From Nitrosotalea sp. (GTDB taxonomy: Archaea; Thermoproteota; Nitrososphaeria; Nitrososphaerales; Nitrosopumilaceae): a stretch of 64,000 nt of DNA. Location of the stretch: positions 3,955 through 67,954 of the forward strand of contig DASUKX010000013.1 in NCBI GenBank assembly GCA_036278495.1, written 5' to 3'. Below the pieces are notes generated by a model that saw only the letters and a program-made list of their open reading frames with translations, searched no databases and was not told the origin of the DNA. Both the position numbers and the translations under genes were made by a program. Shown here one piece after another: positions 39,498 through 49,562 of this stretch (its first letter is position 1; each line of letters starts with the position of its first letter).

Positions 39498-39848
39498 TTA
39501 CTCTGTTGCTGGCCCTTCAGGAGTTCCTTCGCCTACTACATCAGCAGTAGCAAAGCGTCCGCCTACCTGTGTAATCTTTATTTTTGTGTTTTGACCTACT
39601 TGCCCGCCTTTGACAAATATCACAAAGCCTTCTATTCTTGCAATACCGTCTCCTTTTCTACTGATCTCAGTTATGGATACATCGTATTCCTTGCCAGTTT
39701 CTACTGGTTTTGGTCTATTATCTTCGAATCTTCGACCGCCTCCATATCTTCTATCTCTGCCGTATTCTCGGCTTGGGCTTTCACCAAAACCGCTGTCGTT
39801 AAAGCTCACCGTTGCACCTCCTTCTTTGTCCATTACTCTTTTTACCAT
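39498..39848 (-). CDS. Single TRAM-domain RNA chaperone
   Basis: PKPVETGKEYDVSI.EISRKGDGIARIEGFVIFV; Arg/Gly-rich N-terminus. Confidence 0.92.
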   Translation of the reverse strand: MVKRVMDKEGGATVSFNDSGFGESPSREYGRDRRYGGGRRFEDNRPKPVETGKEYDVSITEISRKGDGIARIEGFVIFVKGGQVGQNTKIKITQVGGRFATADVVGEGTPEGPATE

Positions 39849-39993
39849 ATAAAATCCCTACTTGATTTTCCTTCCCCCGCTTCACAATAATTGAAAAATG
39901 GACCGTTTCAAGGCATGAAACTGCTGTTCCGCTAGGCGTTCCGCTATGAAATTTCATGCCGTCCCTGATAAAACATCGATTCTATAATACCTC

Positions 39994-40281
39994 ATGTCAA
40001 AACAACAATACAGGTCCGAAATGGGCATCATAGCCGATATCCTTGGTGTAACCATGGATGGAGGAACACAAGGGGTTATTGTCTCTGCCATATCAAGAAG
40101 AGCAAATCTATCACATTATGCAGTACTAGAAAAATGCCAGAAACTGATAGATGCAGGGTTGGTAGAATCCATGAAAGCCGATAGAAATAGGCTCTTTAGA
40201 GTTACGGAGAAGGGCATAAGATTCTTCCAAGAATTCCAAAGGTTCCAGGGCGTAATGCAGGGACTTAATCTAAGATATTAG
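39994..40281 (+). CDS. Small winged-helix transcriptional regulator (COG3432-like)
   Basis: YRS..IIADIL...ANLS......L...GL.....VTEKG. Confidence 0.88.
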   Translation: MSKQQYRSEMGIIADILGVTMDGGTQGVIVSAISRRANLSHYAVLEKCQKLIDAGLVESMKADRNRLFRVTEKGIRFFQEFQRFQGVMQGLNLRY

Positions 40282-40283
40282 AT

Positions 40284-41507
40284 ATGTACCAAGAATACCC
40301 AATGCATGAGGTACAAGAGGTATTACCGGAAGGAATGATTTTTGTAAGGATAAATTCTATCCTCACAACAATGGTTCGGGCTCCAGTTGTAGCTGCATGC
40401 TTTCTTTTGATTACTCTTTCTTCATTTGTCCAGTACGCTATAGGCAGTCCAAAAGTTCTTGATTTTACAATTTATGCAGATGGCACAACTCATGTTTTCT
40501 ACCAAACTGATGTAGATCCACAATCCCCAGATTTCATTTTTAATGCATATGGTAATAGTGTTGAAAACCTAGTTGTACAAGACGAAAATGGAACATTACT
40601 TTCAAGCAAAATAAATGCAAATACTGTAACGGTAGCAACTTTGGGAGCTTCTGCTATAAAAGTGGATTATGATACTCCTGACTTGATATCAAAAAATGGG
40701 AAAACATGGACTTTTCATGTAAATTCTCTTACTGATTATTCTATTCTGTTACCAAAGAATACTGTGATTGTAGGAATGAGCGCATCTCCATTAAACATGC
40801 AAATATCTGATGATCAATCGCTCATATCGTTGCCAAGTGGTCAATCTGATATTAATTATATTTTTGGAGTTTTGGGTACAAGTCAGACTGCTACTTTGGC
40901 AATTCAAAAAGCTCAAGATTTTATTAATACTTTGAATTCTACAGGTGTAAAAACTCCTATGGCTTTGGCAAAACTTGAAGAAGCCAGATCAGATTTTGAT
41001 CAAGGTAAATATTCTGATGCAGAATCTCTTGCCAATACTGCAAAAAATATTGCACTTCAAGAACAACAAATTATTATTTCAAAACCATCCACTAATTCAT
41101 CTGAGGATCATGCGACAATTAATTCGTCTAATGATCTATCTGCCTATATTTTGACTGGCGGCATTATCGCCGCAGCCATGGCAGGAATCATAATAGTGAG
41201 AAAAACAAGAAGATCCAATAGTGTCATAACTTCAAATGAAATTTTAAACAACAATTACATCCCACCAGAAAAAGAAACAATTTACAGACTAAAACCAGAA
41301 TTACGACAAGATGACAAGGAAATTATTGCATTTATTTCTGAAAAAGGAGGTCAAGTATATGAGAGTGAACTACGTAAGAAATTTTTAATGCCACGAACAA
41401 CAATGTGGCGCGCTGTTAAACGACTAGAAAGAGAGGATGTTGTTGAAATTGAGAAAGTTGACCAACAAAATCTCATTAGACTTCGAAAAATGGAGGATCA
41501 AAAATGA
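40284..41507 (+). CDS. Membrane-spanning regulator: extracellular domain, TM helix, cytoplasmic wHTH (COG2512-like)
   Basis: Signal-like segment after MVRAP (probable start ~40370), TM YILTGGIIAAAMAGIIIV, ESELRKKFLMPRTTMWRAVKRLER HTH. Confidence 0.82.
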   Translation: MYQEYPMHEVQEVLPEGMIFVRINSILTTMVRAPVVAACFLLITLSSFVQYAIGSPKVLDFTIYADGTTHVFYQTDVDPQSPDFIFNAYGNSVENLVVQDENGTLLSSKINANTVTVATLGASAIKVDYDTPDLISKNGKTWTFHVNSLTDYSILLPKNTVIVGMSASPLNMQISDDQSLISLPSGQSDINYIFGVLGTSQTATLAIQKAQDFINTLNSTGVKTPMALAKLEEARSDFDQGKYSDAESLANTAKNIALQEQQIIISKPSTNSSEDHATINSSNDLSAYILTGGIIAAAMAGIIIVRKTRRSNSVITSNEILNNNYIPPEKETIYRLKPELRQDDKEIIAFISEKGGQVYESELRKKFLMPRTTMWRAVKRLEREDVVEIEKVDQQNLIRLRKMEDQK

Positions 41508-42844
41508 AAAGTCTGACAATCATTATTGCCGCATTAGTTGGGACGCTGATCTTGAACGGCCCAATTCAATCTTATGCAGATCCTCAACTTGATACATTGG
41601 TAAATATTGCTACGCAAGCAAGAAACAGTCTAAACATAAGCATATCGCAAATTCCTAACGTTTCTGACAAGATTACTTCTTTATACGAACAAGGGTCATC
41701 TGAAACAGATGCCCTAACCCAGGCAGCAAATAAACAAGATATAGCATCAGCTAAACAACATTTCCTTTCCGCAATGAATTTCTTCAAGACCACCAATGAT
41801 GAGATAAATTCTCTTAATGCTACAGAAGTAAATGATCAGCAACGTGTCAATATTATACAATTACAAAGCGAAATCACAAGATTGGAAAAAATTACTGAAA
41901 CACTTCAAACTATAGCAATAACTAACCATATTGATTTTAACTTTACACAACTTGATACATCAATTCAGAAAGCAAAACAAGATCTTGATGCTGGTAATAT
42001 TGGAGATGCATCAAAATTAATTGATTCTGCAAATCAATTGATTGTTGATGCCCATCACTCCCTTTCAGAAACTGCCCAACAAATGACTACTGATAGAGCC
42101 AAAGATTTTACTGAAAAACAAATTGAAAGATATGATAAGATTGGTGATCTAAATACTACAAATTCTACAATGCTTACTTCAAATGTCACCGTGGCTAAAA
42201 CTGGCTCTAATCTGACATCTGCAGAAAATCCAGGAGAAATGATTGCCAAGTTGAGAAAACTTGTATCAGAAGGTAATGTTGATGAAGCTTTGAAAATAAT
42301 AAAATCCCTTGATGCATATCAAAAAGAGACATTAAAAAATAATGAAAGTCAGACAGAATCTCAATCTAGTATCAATATACAAAATAATACGGTAGTGAGT
42401 CCGAATTCTAATTCTACTACAATTTCATCTAATGTTACAACAATAAACTCTCCAATTAACAATACATCAAACACCACAACAGCTAGCTCCGTCAAGATGA
42501 ATTCATTTCATCGAGAAAATTCTAATTCCTCGTTTACAAATCCATCCAACATCACAAAAACTATTCCTCTGATTACACCTCATCCAAATATTGCCAGAGA
42601 TAATTTTGTTAAAACAAATTCCTCTAATAACAATAATTCTACTCAATCAAATAATGATAGAAAAACCGATAAAACAAGTTCATTTCATGGTAATCTTAAT
42701 CAACAAAATAAAGACAATAACACTACATCTCAAATGATATCGCCCAAAAGTCTTGATTCCGGGCAACAAGATAAAACACACGAACAACAAAATCATGAAA
42801 AAATACTAAATAAACAAAATAAAGAAAAACGAAATCACAATTAA
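41504..42844 (+). CDS. Secreted helical protein with N/S/T-rich low-complexity tail
   Basis: Signal peptide MKSLTIIIAALVG...SYA; many NxS/T sequons; ATGA overlap with upstream gene. Confidence 0.78.
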   Translation: MKSLTIIIAALVGTLILNGPIQSYADPQLDTLVNIATQARNSLNISISQIPNVSDKITSLYEQGSSETDALTQAANKQDIASAKQHFLSAMNFFKTTNDEINSLNATEVNDQQRVNIIQLQSEITRLEKITETLQTIAITNHIDFNFTQLDTSIQKAKQDLDAGNIGDASKLIDSANQLIVDAHHSLSETAQQMTTDRAKDFTEKQIERYDKIGDLNTTNSTMLTSNVTVAKTGSNLTSAENPGEMIAKLRKLVSEGNVDEALKIIKSLDAYQKETLKNNESQTESQSSINIQNNTVVSPNSNSTTISSNVTTINSPINNTSNTTTASSVKMNSFHRENSNSSFTNPSNITKTIPLITPHPNIARDNFVKTNSSNNNNSTQSNNDRKTDKTSSFHGNLNQQNKDNNTTSQMISPKSLDSGQQDKTHEQQNHEKILNKQNKEKRNHN

Positions 42845-42976
42845 TTCTTAATCCTAGTAATGATCAAGTTGTTAGATTTAGTATCATTTTGTCTGTTTGT
42901 AGATTAAAAACAATAGGAATTAACAACTTACAGGATTGCATAAAATTCATATAGATTTTTATCAGAACCAAGGGAT

Positions 42977-43174
42977 ATGGCTTCAAAGCAAATTTCTGTA
43001 GGTATAGGAATTCCAATGATAATAGTCGGAGTTATACTTGCTTTCATTTTAGCACCATTGCAAGCCGATCTAAAAGATACTATAGAATTTGTAGGCAGTC
43101 TCATAGGAATTCTTGGGGTATTGATCTTCATAGCAGGATTCCTTTCAAGAAAAGTAACACCAATTACATCTTAA
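42977..43174 (+). CDS. Small two-TM membrane protein
   Basis: 65 aa with two hydrophobic helices. Confidence 0.7.
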   Translation: MASKQISVGIGIPMIIVGVILAFILAPLQADLKDTIEFVGSLIGILGVLIFIAGFLSRKVTPITS

Positions 43175-45525
43175 ATTTTCATAACCCCAATTGAAATGAG
43201 GTGTTGAATAGATGCCCAAAAAGTATTGTCATCAATTTGACCCGAAGACCATTGTCTTACATTTATCTTCAACCAATTTGGAATTTTTACAGTACCATCT
43301 TGACTCATTGATGGTGTTTTGATTAGACCTTGGTTTATCATGTATTTTGTTGCTTGTGAGAAATCATTCTTATCTAAAGCTCCCTCAGCCCACCAAATGA
43401 TTGTATTTTTTATCCAACTAGGTGCATTCTTGTTTGTTTTGTTGTATAGTGAAAATTTTTGTATGTTGTTATTTTTGTCTACAACATAGATATTATCTGT
43501 AGCATCAATTGCAAGTCCTACGGGTTGTTCGAATTGACCTTGCCCATTTCCTTCTGTACCCCAACTCAAAAGAAAGTTTCCATTAGAGTCAAACTTTTGT
43601 ATTCTATGATTACCCGTATCTGCTACATAGATATTGTCTTTAGAATCAACTACAATTGCTGATGGATTGGTAAATCTACCTTCTTCTGTTCCTATTGAAC
43701 CATAAGAGTTTAGGAATTTTCCAATATTGGAATATTTCAATATTTTATTGTCTGTAGAAATGGCATACAGATTATCTTGTGAATCAAATGCCAATGCTTT
43801 GATACCTGAGAAACTAGCTCCCTCTGTAAGTGATGAATCTATCTCATCTCTGTAGTTACCCTTGGTATCGAACAGTTGAATGGCTTGTCGTTCTATATCT
43901 CCCACAAAAAGTTCGTTATTGTGATCAGAGTTTATTGATACTGGTATTTGGAACATACCTGGATTCTTACCATATGTGCCCCATGAATAAACAAAATTTC
44001 CAGTTTTGTCAAACATGATTATTCTTGAATTTCCGGTATCTGTTACATACACATATTTTTCATTTACAAATATGCCTGATGGGTTTTTGAATTGGCCATT
44101 TAGAGAACCAGCATCACCCCATGAAAGAATCATGTTACCCTTTATGTTGAATTTCTCTATTTTTGAATTCCCCGTATCTGCTACATAGATATTGTTGTCA
44201 TTGTCAATTGCAATATTAGTTGGAGACTTGAATGTGGTAGAATTGATTGCTGAAATAAAAGTGGGAGTACTATATTGTACACTATCAAACATTTTTCCAC
44301 TATCAATGGGAGAACCATCTACGTAAAAAGATGAATATTTTATAATTCCATCATAATTAATGTACATCTTCCACTGCCCCTTGATATCGTTTTGGGCAAT
44401 TTTATGGGGGATGACAATTTCAGTTGTATATACTGGCAATAATATTTCCTGACTATTTTTACCATCCGGACTTGTAACCCATGTTGTTATTGAATTTGTA
44501 GTAATGTTTGATGTATGAATTTTGAAGTTAGCCATTTCTCCTGGTCTATAATTCAATTTGTTTGGAAACATGTCTAACTGGATATTGGGTAACTCGTGAG
44601 AATTCTGTACTACTTTGAAGGAACCTGTTTCCATCACACCTGCATAATCGACTTCAAACTCATAAGTGCCAATTATTTTTGGCAAATTTTTGAGTACGAT
44701 GGTATCATGTACAGATTGTGGATGAAATTGAGTACTAGTTGTGTTTCCTAACGGATCTGTTACTTTTATTGTACCTGTTGATTCTGTTAATTTGGTAAAT
44801 ATTAGATCAAGTGTTACATCATTTCCTGGATAATAGGTAGCTGCATGTTTTATTGATAACTCGATTAGTTTGTTTATATCTCCTAAAAGAAAGGGTATCT
44901 CGCTTACAGAATTAAAGTACTGAACTTTTAACTTGTATAATCCCGGTGGATTGTATTTAGCAAGTTGTAACATTGGAAAATGGTATAATATACTAGGTCG
45001 ATCTGCTTTTACTTCGATCTCTGTTACACCAACTACGCTATTTCCATCTTGATCATAAAAATCTAGAAAATAAGAATGTGCAAATTTGGCATATGGAGTA
45101 TAGTATGATGAAGTAATGTTGATGTTCATTATATCTGGCTCATAGTAGGTTATCTTGTCTGTTATTACAGTCAAATCAAGAGGTTTGACAGTAAAGTGGG
45201 CTGTTTGGTTAATACCTCCATATTGATAATTAATAGACCATGGACCAAATTCATTATCATTAGCATCTCGTATGATTTGATGTGTTATTTTTTCTGATTT
45301 TATTTGCTGTTCAATTATTCCTGATATTACCGAATTATCGGGTCTGTGGGCAATCCAATTTATCTGACCCCCATTGTATCCTTGAATTGCAATATCCACC
45401 TTTATCCAATCATTTGCACTAAATTCTTGTTTTTGAGGAACAGCATTTATTGTTAAAGCACTTGCATTCTGGCAAGTTACAAATATCAAGGCTGCAAACA
45501 GAAACAAAAGAACTAATTTGTTCAC
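43171..45525 (-). CDS. Secreted NHL-repeat beta-propeller protein with Ig-like N-terminal domains and thaumarchaeal PxW(I/L)K C-terminal repeats
   Basis: Signal peptide; repeated F..P.GIA.D...IYVADTGN.RIQKF; C-terminal APSWIKN..WW / IPNWLK..W. Confidence 0.87.
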   Translation of the reverse strand: MNKLVLLFLFAALIFVTCQNASALTINAVPQKQEFSANDWIKVDIAIQGYNGGQINWIAHRPDNSVISGIIEQQIKSEKITHQIIRDANDNEFGPWSINYQYGGINQTAHFTVKPLDLTVITDKITYYEPDIMNINITSSYYTPYAKFAHSYFLDFYDQDGNSVVGVTEIEVKADRPSILYHFPMLQLAKYNPPGLYKLKVQYFNSVSEIPFLLGDINKLIELSIKHAATYYPGNDVTLDLIFTKLTESTGTIKVTDPLGNTTSTQFHPQSVHDTIVLKNLPKIIGTYEFEVDYAGVMETGSFKVVQNSHELPNIQLDMFPNKLNYRPGEMANFKIHTSNITTNSITTWVTSPDGKNSQEILLPVYTTEIVIPHKIAQNDIKGQWKMYINYDGIIKYSSFYVDGSPIDSGKMFDSVQYSTPTFISAINSTTFKSPTNIAIDNDNNIYVADTGNSKIEKFNIKGNMILSWGDAGSLNGQFKNPSGIFVNEKYVYVTDTGNSRIIMFDKTGNFVYSWGTYGKNPGMFQIPVSINSDHNNELFVGDIERQAIQLFDTKGNYRDEIDSSLTEGASFSGIKALAFDSQDNLYAISTDNKILKYSNIGKFLNSYGSIGTEEGRFTNPSAIVVDSKDNIYVADTGNHRIQKFDSNGNFLLSWGTEGNGQGQFEQPVGLAIDATDNIYVVDKNNNIQKFSLYNKTNKNAPSWIKNTIIWWAEGALDKNDFSQATKYMINQGLIKTPSMSQDGTVKIPNWLKINVRQWSSGQIDDNTFWASIQHLISIGVMKI

Positions 45526-45622
45526 TGCTGATTATTGTATTTACTATTATATCCACTTTGGCGAAAAATCATTCATAAGAAGATCCAATTAAATAAATAA
45601 TGAACAAGCACAGAATGAATAC

Positions 45623-46336
45623 TTGAATGTAAGACTTTATGAGATATTTACATCTGTTGAGGGCGAAGGAATCTTGTACGGCACCAAGACTCTTTTTGTA
45701 CGATTGGCAGGTTGCCCCTTCAAGTGCTTTTACTGTGATACCAAAGATGCACTTCCTATGAATTCTGGAAAAGAATATTCAATTAGTGAGGCAAAAGGGA
45801 TAATCAAAAAAAATCTTAAGAAAAATACATACAAGGTAAATTTTACTGGTGGGGATCCACTTGCTCAATCAAAAGCTGTGGCAGAACTAGCAAAGTTTGT
45901 CCAAGGAAAAAAAATCTCTACTTACTTGGAATCCTCTTGCTATGATTCGTCAAAGTTTTCCGAAGTTCTTCCTTTTATTGATTTTATAAAAATTGAATTC
46001 AAGACTCTAGAGTCTGGTTTTGTTGATTCAAAACATTATTCTAAACTTTTAGAAAACGAACTTGAATGTTTACGACTAGCTAAAAAATCTAAAAAAACAA
46101 CATATGTAAAAATAGTAATAAGTTCTAAAACTCAATTGAATCCATTTAAGAAACTTCTTAGGCAAATATTCAAAATAATATCAAAAACAGAGCTTGCAGG
46201 ATTTATAATACAGCCTACATATGGTATTTCAGAGCCTAGTTTGGAACAACTATTCAGCTTTTATGATTCAGTTTATGCTTATGATGATCAGGTTAGAATA
46301 GTACCACAGCTTCATAAATTCATAGGTGCACCTTGA
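45623..46336 (+). CDS. queE: 7-carboxy-7-deazaguanine synthase (radical SAM)
   Basis: EIFTSVEGEG, CPFKCFYCDT, TGGDP, PQLHK. Confidence 0.94.
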   Translation: MNVRLYEIFTSVEGEGILYGTKTLFVRLAGCPFKCFYCDTKDALPMNSGKEYSISEAKGIIKKNLKKNTYKVNFTGGDPLAQSKAVAELAKFVQGKKISTYLESSCYDSSKFSEVLPFIDFIKIEFKTLESGFVDSKHYSKLLENELECLRLAKKSKKTTYVKIVISSKTQLNPFKKLLRQIFKIISKTELAGFIIQPTYGISEPSLEQLFSFYDSVYAYDDQVRIVPQLHKFIGAP

Positions 46337-46896
46337 TGAATAAAGAAAGAGTAAAGCGATTAATTCGTGAAATAATTGCAGAGATAGGTGAAGATCCAAC
46401 AAGAGAAGGTCTAGTAGATACTCCAAACAGAATAGCAGACATGTATGAAGAAATCTTCAAAGGATATGAAGGAGAATCAGAACTATCAGTAAAGTTTTCT
46501 GAGGATTCTGATATTGTAATTGCAAAAGACATTCAATTTTATTCCATGTGTGAGCATCACATGTTGCCATTCTATGGAAAAATAAGTGTAGCATATGCAC
46601 CAGATGGAAAGGTGTTTGGAATATCTAAATTGGTTCGTCTCGTAGAAAAATATTCTGCTAGATTACAAATACAAGAACGAATTACAAAAAATATAGCTGA
46701 TGAGCTATATTCAGAGGGAGTAAAGGGTGTAATTGTCATTGCAGAAGGTGAGCATCTTTGTATGAAAATGCGAGGAGTACGAAATGATGCTATAGTAACA
46801 ACAATAGCATCAAGAGGAGTTTATGATAAAAAAGAAGCAAGATCAGATGTTTTGAATTTGATATACAGTGGAAAATCTAAACCAAGCATTAGCTAA
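46333..46896 (+). CDS. folE: GTP cyclohydrolase I
   Basis: REGLVDTP.R, CEHHMLPF, LQIQER, HLCM.MRG. Confidence 0.96.
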   Translation: MMNKERVKRLIREIIAEIGEDPTREGLVDTPNRIADMYEEIFKGYEGESELSVKFSEDSDIVIAKDIQFYSMCEHHMLPFYGKISVAYAPDGKVFGISKLVRLVEKYSARLQIQERITKNIADELYSEGVKGVIVIAEGEHLCMKMRGVRNDAIVTTIASRGVYDKKEARSDVLNLIYSGKSKPSIS

Positions 46897-46935
46897 CCTA
46901 AAAAATTAAATAATAACATCTAATGCTATATCGTT

Positions 46936-47190
46936 GTGGGGGTACACAATAACATACATGTTCCAAAAGAATCTTGGCCTTCCTTCATGTGGTATGCTAT
47001 AGAATTTTTTATTACGCTTGGGGCAGGATTAGGAATTTCACTAATTTCCATGGATTATTTCAAGAAGATGGGTTTTAGTGATGCAATGACAACATGGTTG
47101 TTTTGGGGAATTGATGGTGCAGTATTACTAGTCTATTATCTAATTGTCAGACCAATAATATTAAGACGACCAATCTTATCCAAAATCTAA
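46936..47190 (+). CDS. Small two-TM membrane protein
   Basis: 84 aa with two hydrophobic helices. Confidence 0.65.
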   Translation: MGVHNNIHVPKESWPSFMWYAIEFFITLGAGLGISLISMDYFKKMGFSDAMTTWLFWGIDGAVLLVYYLIVRPIILRRPILSKI

Positions 47191-47853
47191 ATATCTAGTT
47201 TTGTCAAAGATTTTAGATTTGAGAAATGCTATTTTTCTATTATTGCATGATTCACATTTTCCACAATGAATTTTGCCATTTCCGTAGCAACTCCAACTTT
47301 TGAAAATTTGTTTACCTAACTTTCGATGTCCCTTCTTTAGAAGGTCACTCTTTGAAAGATTGTCCATGAATGGACTCCAGATCTTTATCTTCTTTCTGAG
47401 ACCCAAGTTTATTCCATCAATTTCTCCCTCATTCAAGGCCTTTGTAAATAATTTTGTGAATACCGGTCTACAATCTGGATACTTTATATCTCCAGTATGC
47501 GCTCCATATGCAACAATTTCAGCTTCCTTTGAAAATGCCCATGCCGAAGCTATGCTCAGAAAAATAGCATTTCTTATTGGAGCTACTATAGTGTAATCAA
47601 ATTTTGAAGGAATTGCTATCTTGGAATTAGTTAATGCATTTGTATTTTCGTATAGATCTTTCATAAATCCTATGTCGACTATCTTATGTTCCTTGAATTT
47701 TAATAATTTTGAAAATTCTTTTGCAATTTTTACTTCTTTGTCTGCTTTTTGACCATAGGAAAAAGTTATTCCGTAAAGATCATATTGTTTTTGGAAATAG
47801 GTAGCAGTACATACTGAATCCAAACCTCCGCTAAATACTATGACAGCTTTCAA
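47176..47853 (-). CDS. queC: 7-cyano-7-deazaguanine synthase
   Basis: SGGLDS, YGQ, YPDC, SCY..HCGKCESC. Confidence 0.96.
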   Translation of the reverse strand: MKAVIVFSGGLDSVCTATYFQKQYDLYGITFSYGQKADKEVKIAKEFSKLLKFKEHKIVDIGFMKDLYENTNALTNSKIAIPSKFDYTIVAPIRNAIFLSIASAWAFSKEAEIVAYGAHTGDIKYPDCRPVFTKLFTKALNEGEIDGINLGLRKKIKIWSPFMDNLSKSDLLKKGHRKLGKQIFKSWSCYGNGKIHCGKCESCNNRKIAFLKSKIFDKTRYLDFG

Positions 47854-47891
47854 TTTGAAAATAGTTTGATTAGACCAAATAAAATGCTTGA

Positions 47892-48731
47892 CTAGGCAAT
47901 AGAGAGTAATATTGCTCCGGATAAAATCATGACAGAACCAATGACAACTCTAAGTATATTGCGTTTTTGTGCTATTTCCTTGAAATACAAAACTCCCCAA
48001 GACACTGCAAAAAGTGTAGCAGTTTGAGAAATTGGGTAGGCTACAGTGATTCCTATTGATACTATGGCTGTCAAAACAAATAGGCTGCCTGTATTGAATA
48101 AACTTCCTGAAATTATTCCTGCCGCAATTTCTTTTCTAATCCATCTACGTGATAAAATTAGTAGTGGTATTCCTATTGCAAAAATCGATAAACTAGATGA
48201 AAAAAATCCAGATTGAAGAGTGTGTGTTGCTTGCATTGGTATGACATAGGAACCTCCAATGATACCTGATGCTGCAGCTATAAGATACCCCTTTCGTTGC
48301 ACAGTCGAAGTCTTTGTAGCACCTGTAACAAATGGCAAACCAGCTAACAGTAATCCAATTGCCCCAATTGCTAATATCATATAACTAAATTTTTCTTCAA
48401 AAAACAAAATTCCCCAGAGAAACGAAACTAGAATGCTAAAACCTGCAAGAAATGGAGAAGTTCTTGAAAGTCCTATCATCTTGACTGAATACAGTGCAAG
48501 TATATTTCCTACTGTCCATATGACTCCACTGAAAAGTCCACTAGGTAAAATTCCAAATCCCCAGAAAAAACCTACTGGTATTGCAAAAAGCAGAACTCCT
48601 ATTCCGGTAGATCCCTGAAGTTGCCAAATGCTTGCAACGTTGACCTTTCTAACTGGCACAAAGAAAGTGCCCCAACAAACTGCCGAACCAACAGATGACA
48701 TTAACCCAAATGGATTCAATGATGGGTTCAC
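47892..48731 (-). CDS. DMT-superfamily transporter (GRP/sugar-uptake-like)
   Basis: About 10 TM in two repeats; WG...VP, G..W..GN, WG.L.F.E. Confidence 0.82.
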   Translation of the reverse strand: MNPSLNPFGLMSSVGSAVCWGTFFVPVRKVNVASIWQLQGSTGIGVLLFAIPVGFFWGFGILPSGLFSGVIWTVGNILALYSVKMIGLSRTSPFLAGFSILVSFLWGILFFEEKFSYMILAIGAIGLLLAGLPFVTGATKTSTVQRKGYLIAAASGIIGGSYVIPMQATHTLQSGFFSSSLSIFAIGIPLLILSRRWIRKEIAAGIISGSLFNTGSLFVLTAIVSIGITVAYPISQTATLFAVSWGVLYFKEIAQKRNILRVVIGSVMILSGAILLSIA

Positions 48732-48809
48732 AACAAGAGTGACAATATAACTCGTTTCTATCTAAAGTGTACCTCTAAAGTTTAATTTCGACTAGAATAT
48801 TTTTCTTGT

Positions 48810-49562
48810 ATGACATATCTGAAAGTTGAACGAGATGAAGATGTGGTGCAAATTACGATCAATAGGCAAGATAAACTAAATGCAATGAATTTGGATGTTA
48901 TGGATGAATTTATCTCGCTACTTGATAGTCTGGAGAAAGATTCTTCACGCGTTATAATTATCACTGGTGATGGTCCAAAAGCTTTCTCTGCTGGTGCAGA
49001 TATTGAATATATGAGCAGTATCGGTCCAACAGAAGCCGAAAAATATGCACTTCGGGGACACGAAGTTTTGAATAAAATTGAAAAATTAGAAAAACCAGTT
49101 ATTGCTGCAGTAAATGGATACGCCTTGGGAGGAGGATGTGAGCTTGCACTTTCATGTGATATCAGATTTGCATCACCTAATGCACAGCTAGGCCAACCTG
49201 AAGTTACACTAGGAATTTGTCCGGGCTGGGGTGGCACACAGAGATTATTACGAATTATTGGTCCAGCTAGAGCCAAGGATCTAATATTTTCTGGTAGAAA
49301 AATTACTGCAGAAGAGGCATTTTCAATGGGATTGATCAATAAAATATTTCCTTCTGAAAATTTACTTTTTGAAACTAGAGCATATGCAAAAGCAATATCT
49401 AAAAACAGTAATTTTGCAATAGGAGTTTCCAAGATGCTTGTAAACCGAGGAAATGATGCTAATCTTGATACTGGATTGAAACTTGAAATATATTCTTGGG
49501 CAGTATGTTTTTCAACAAAAGATCGAGAAGAACGAATGCGTAAATTTGTTGAAAAGAAATAG
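48810..49562 (+). CDS. Enoyl-CoA hydratase/crotonase (3-hydroxypropionyl-CoA dehydratase-like)
   Basis: AFSAGADI, GGGCEL, GQPEV (two catalytic Glu), GWGGTQRL. Confidence 0.92.
   Translation: MTYLKVERDEDVVQITINRQDKLNAMNLDVMDEFISLLDSLEKDSSRVIIITGDGPKAFSAGADIEYMSSIGPTEAEKYALRGHEVLNKIEKLEKPVIAAVNGYALGGGCELALSCDIRFASPNAQLGQPEVTLGICPGWGGTQRLLRIIGPARAKDLIFSGRKITAEEAFSMGLINKIFPSENLLFETRAYAKAISKNSNFAIGVSKMLVNRGNDANLDTGLKLEIYSWAVCFSTKDREERMRKFVEKK

Noticed and set aside
42340-42844. Asn/Ser/Thr-rich biased sequence
   Set aside because: Low-complexity coding tail with no discrete repeat unit
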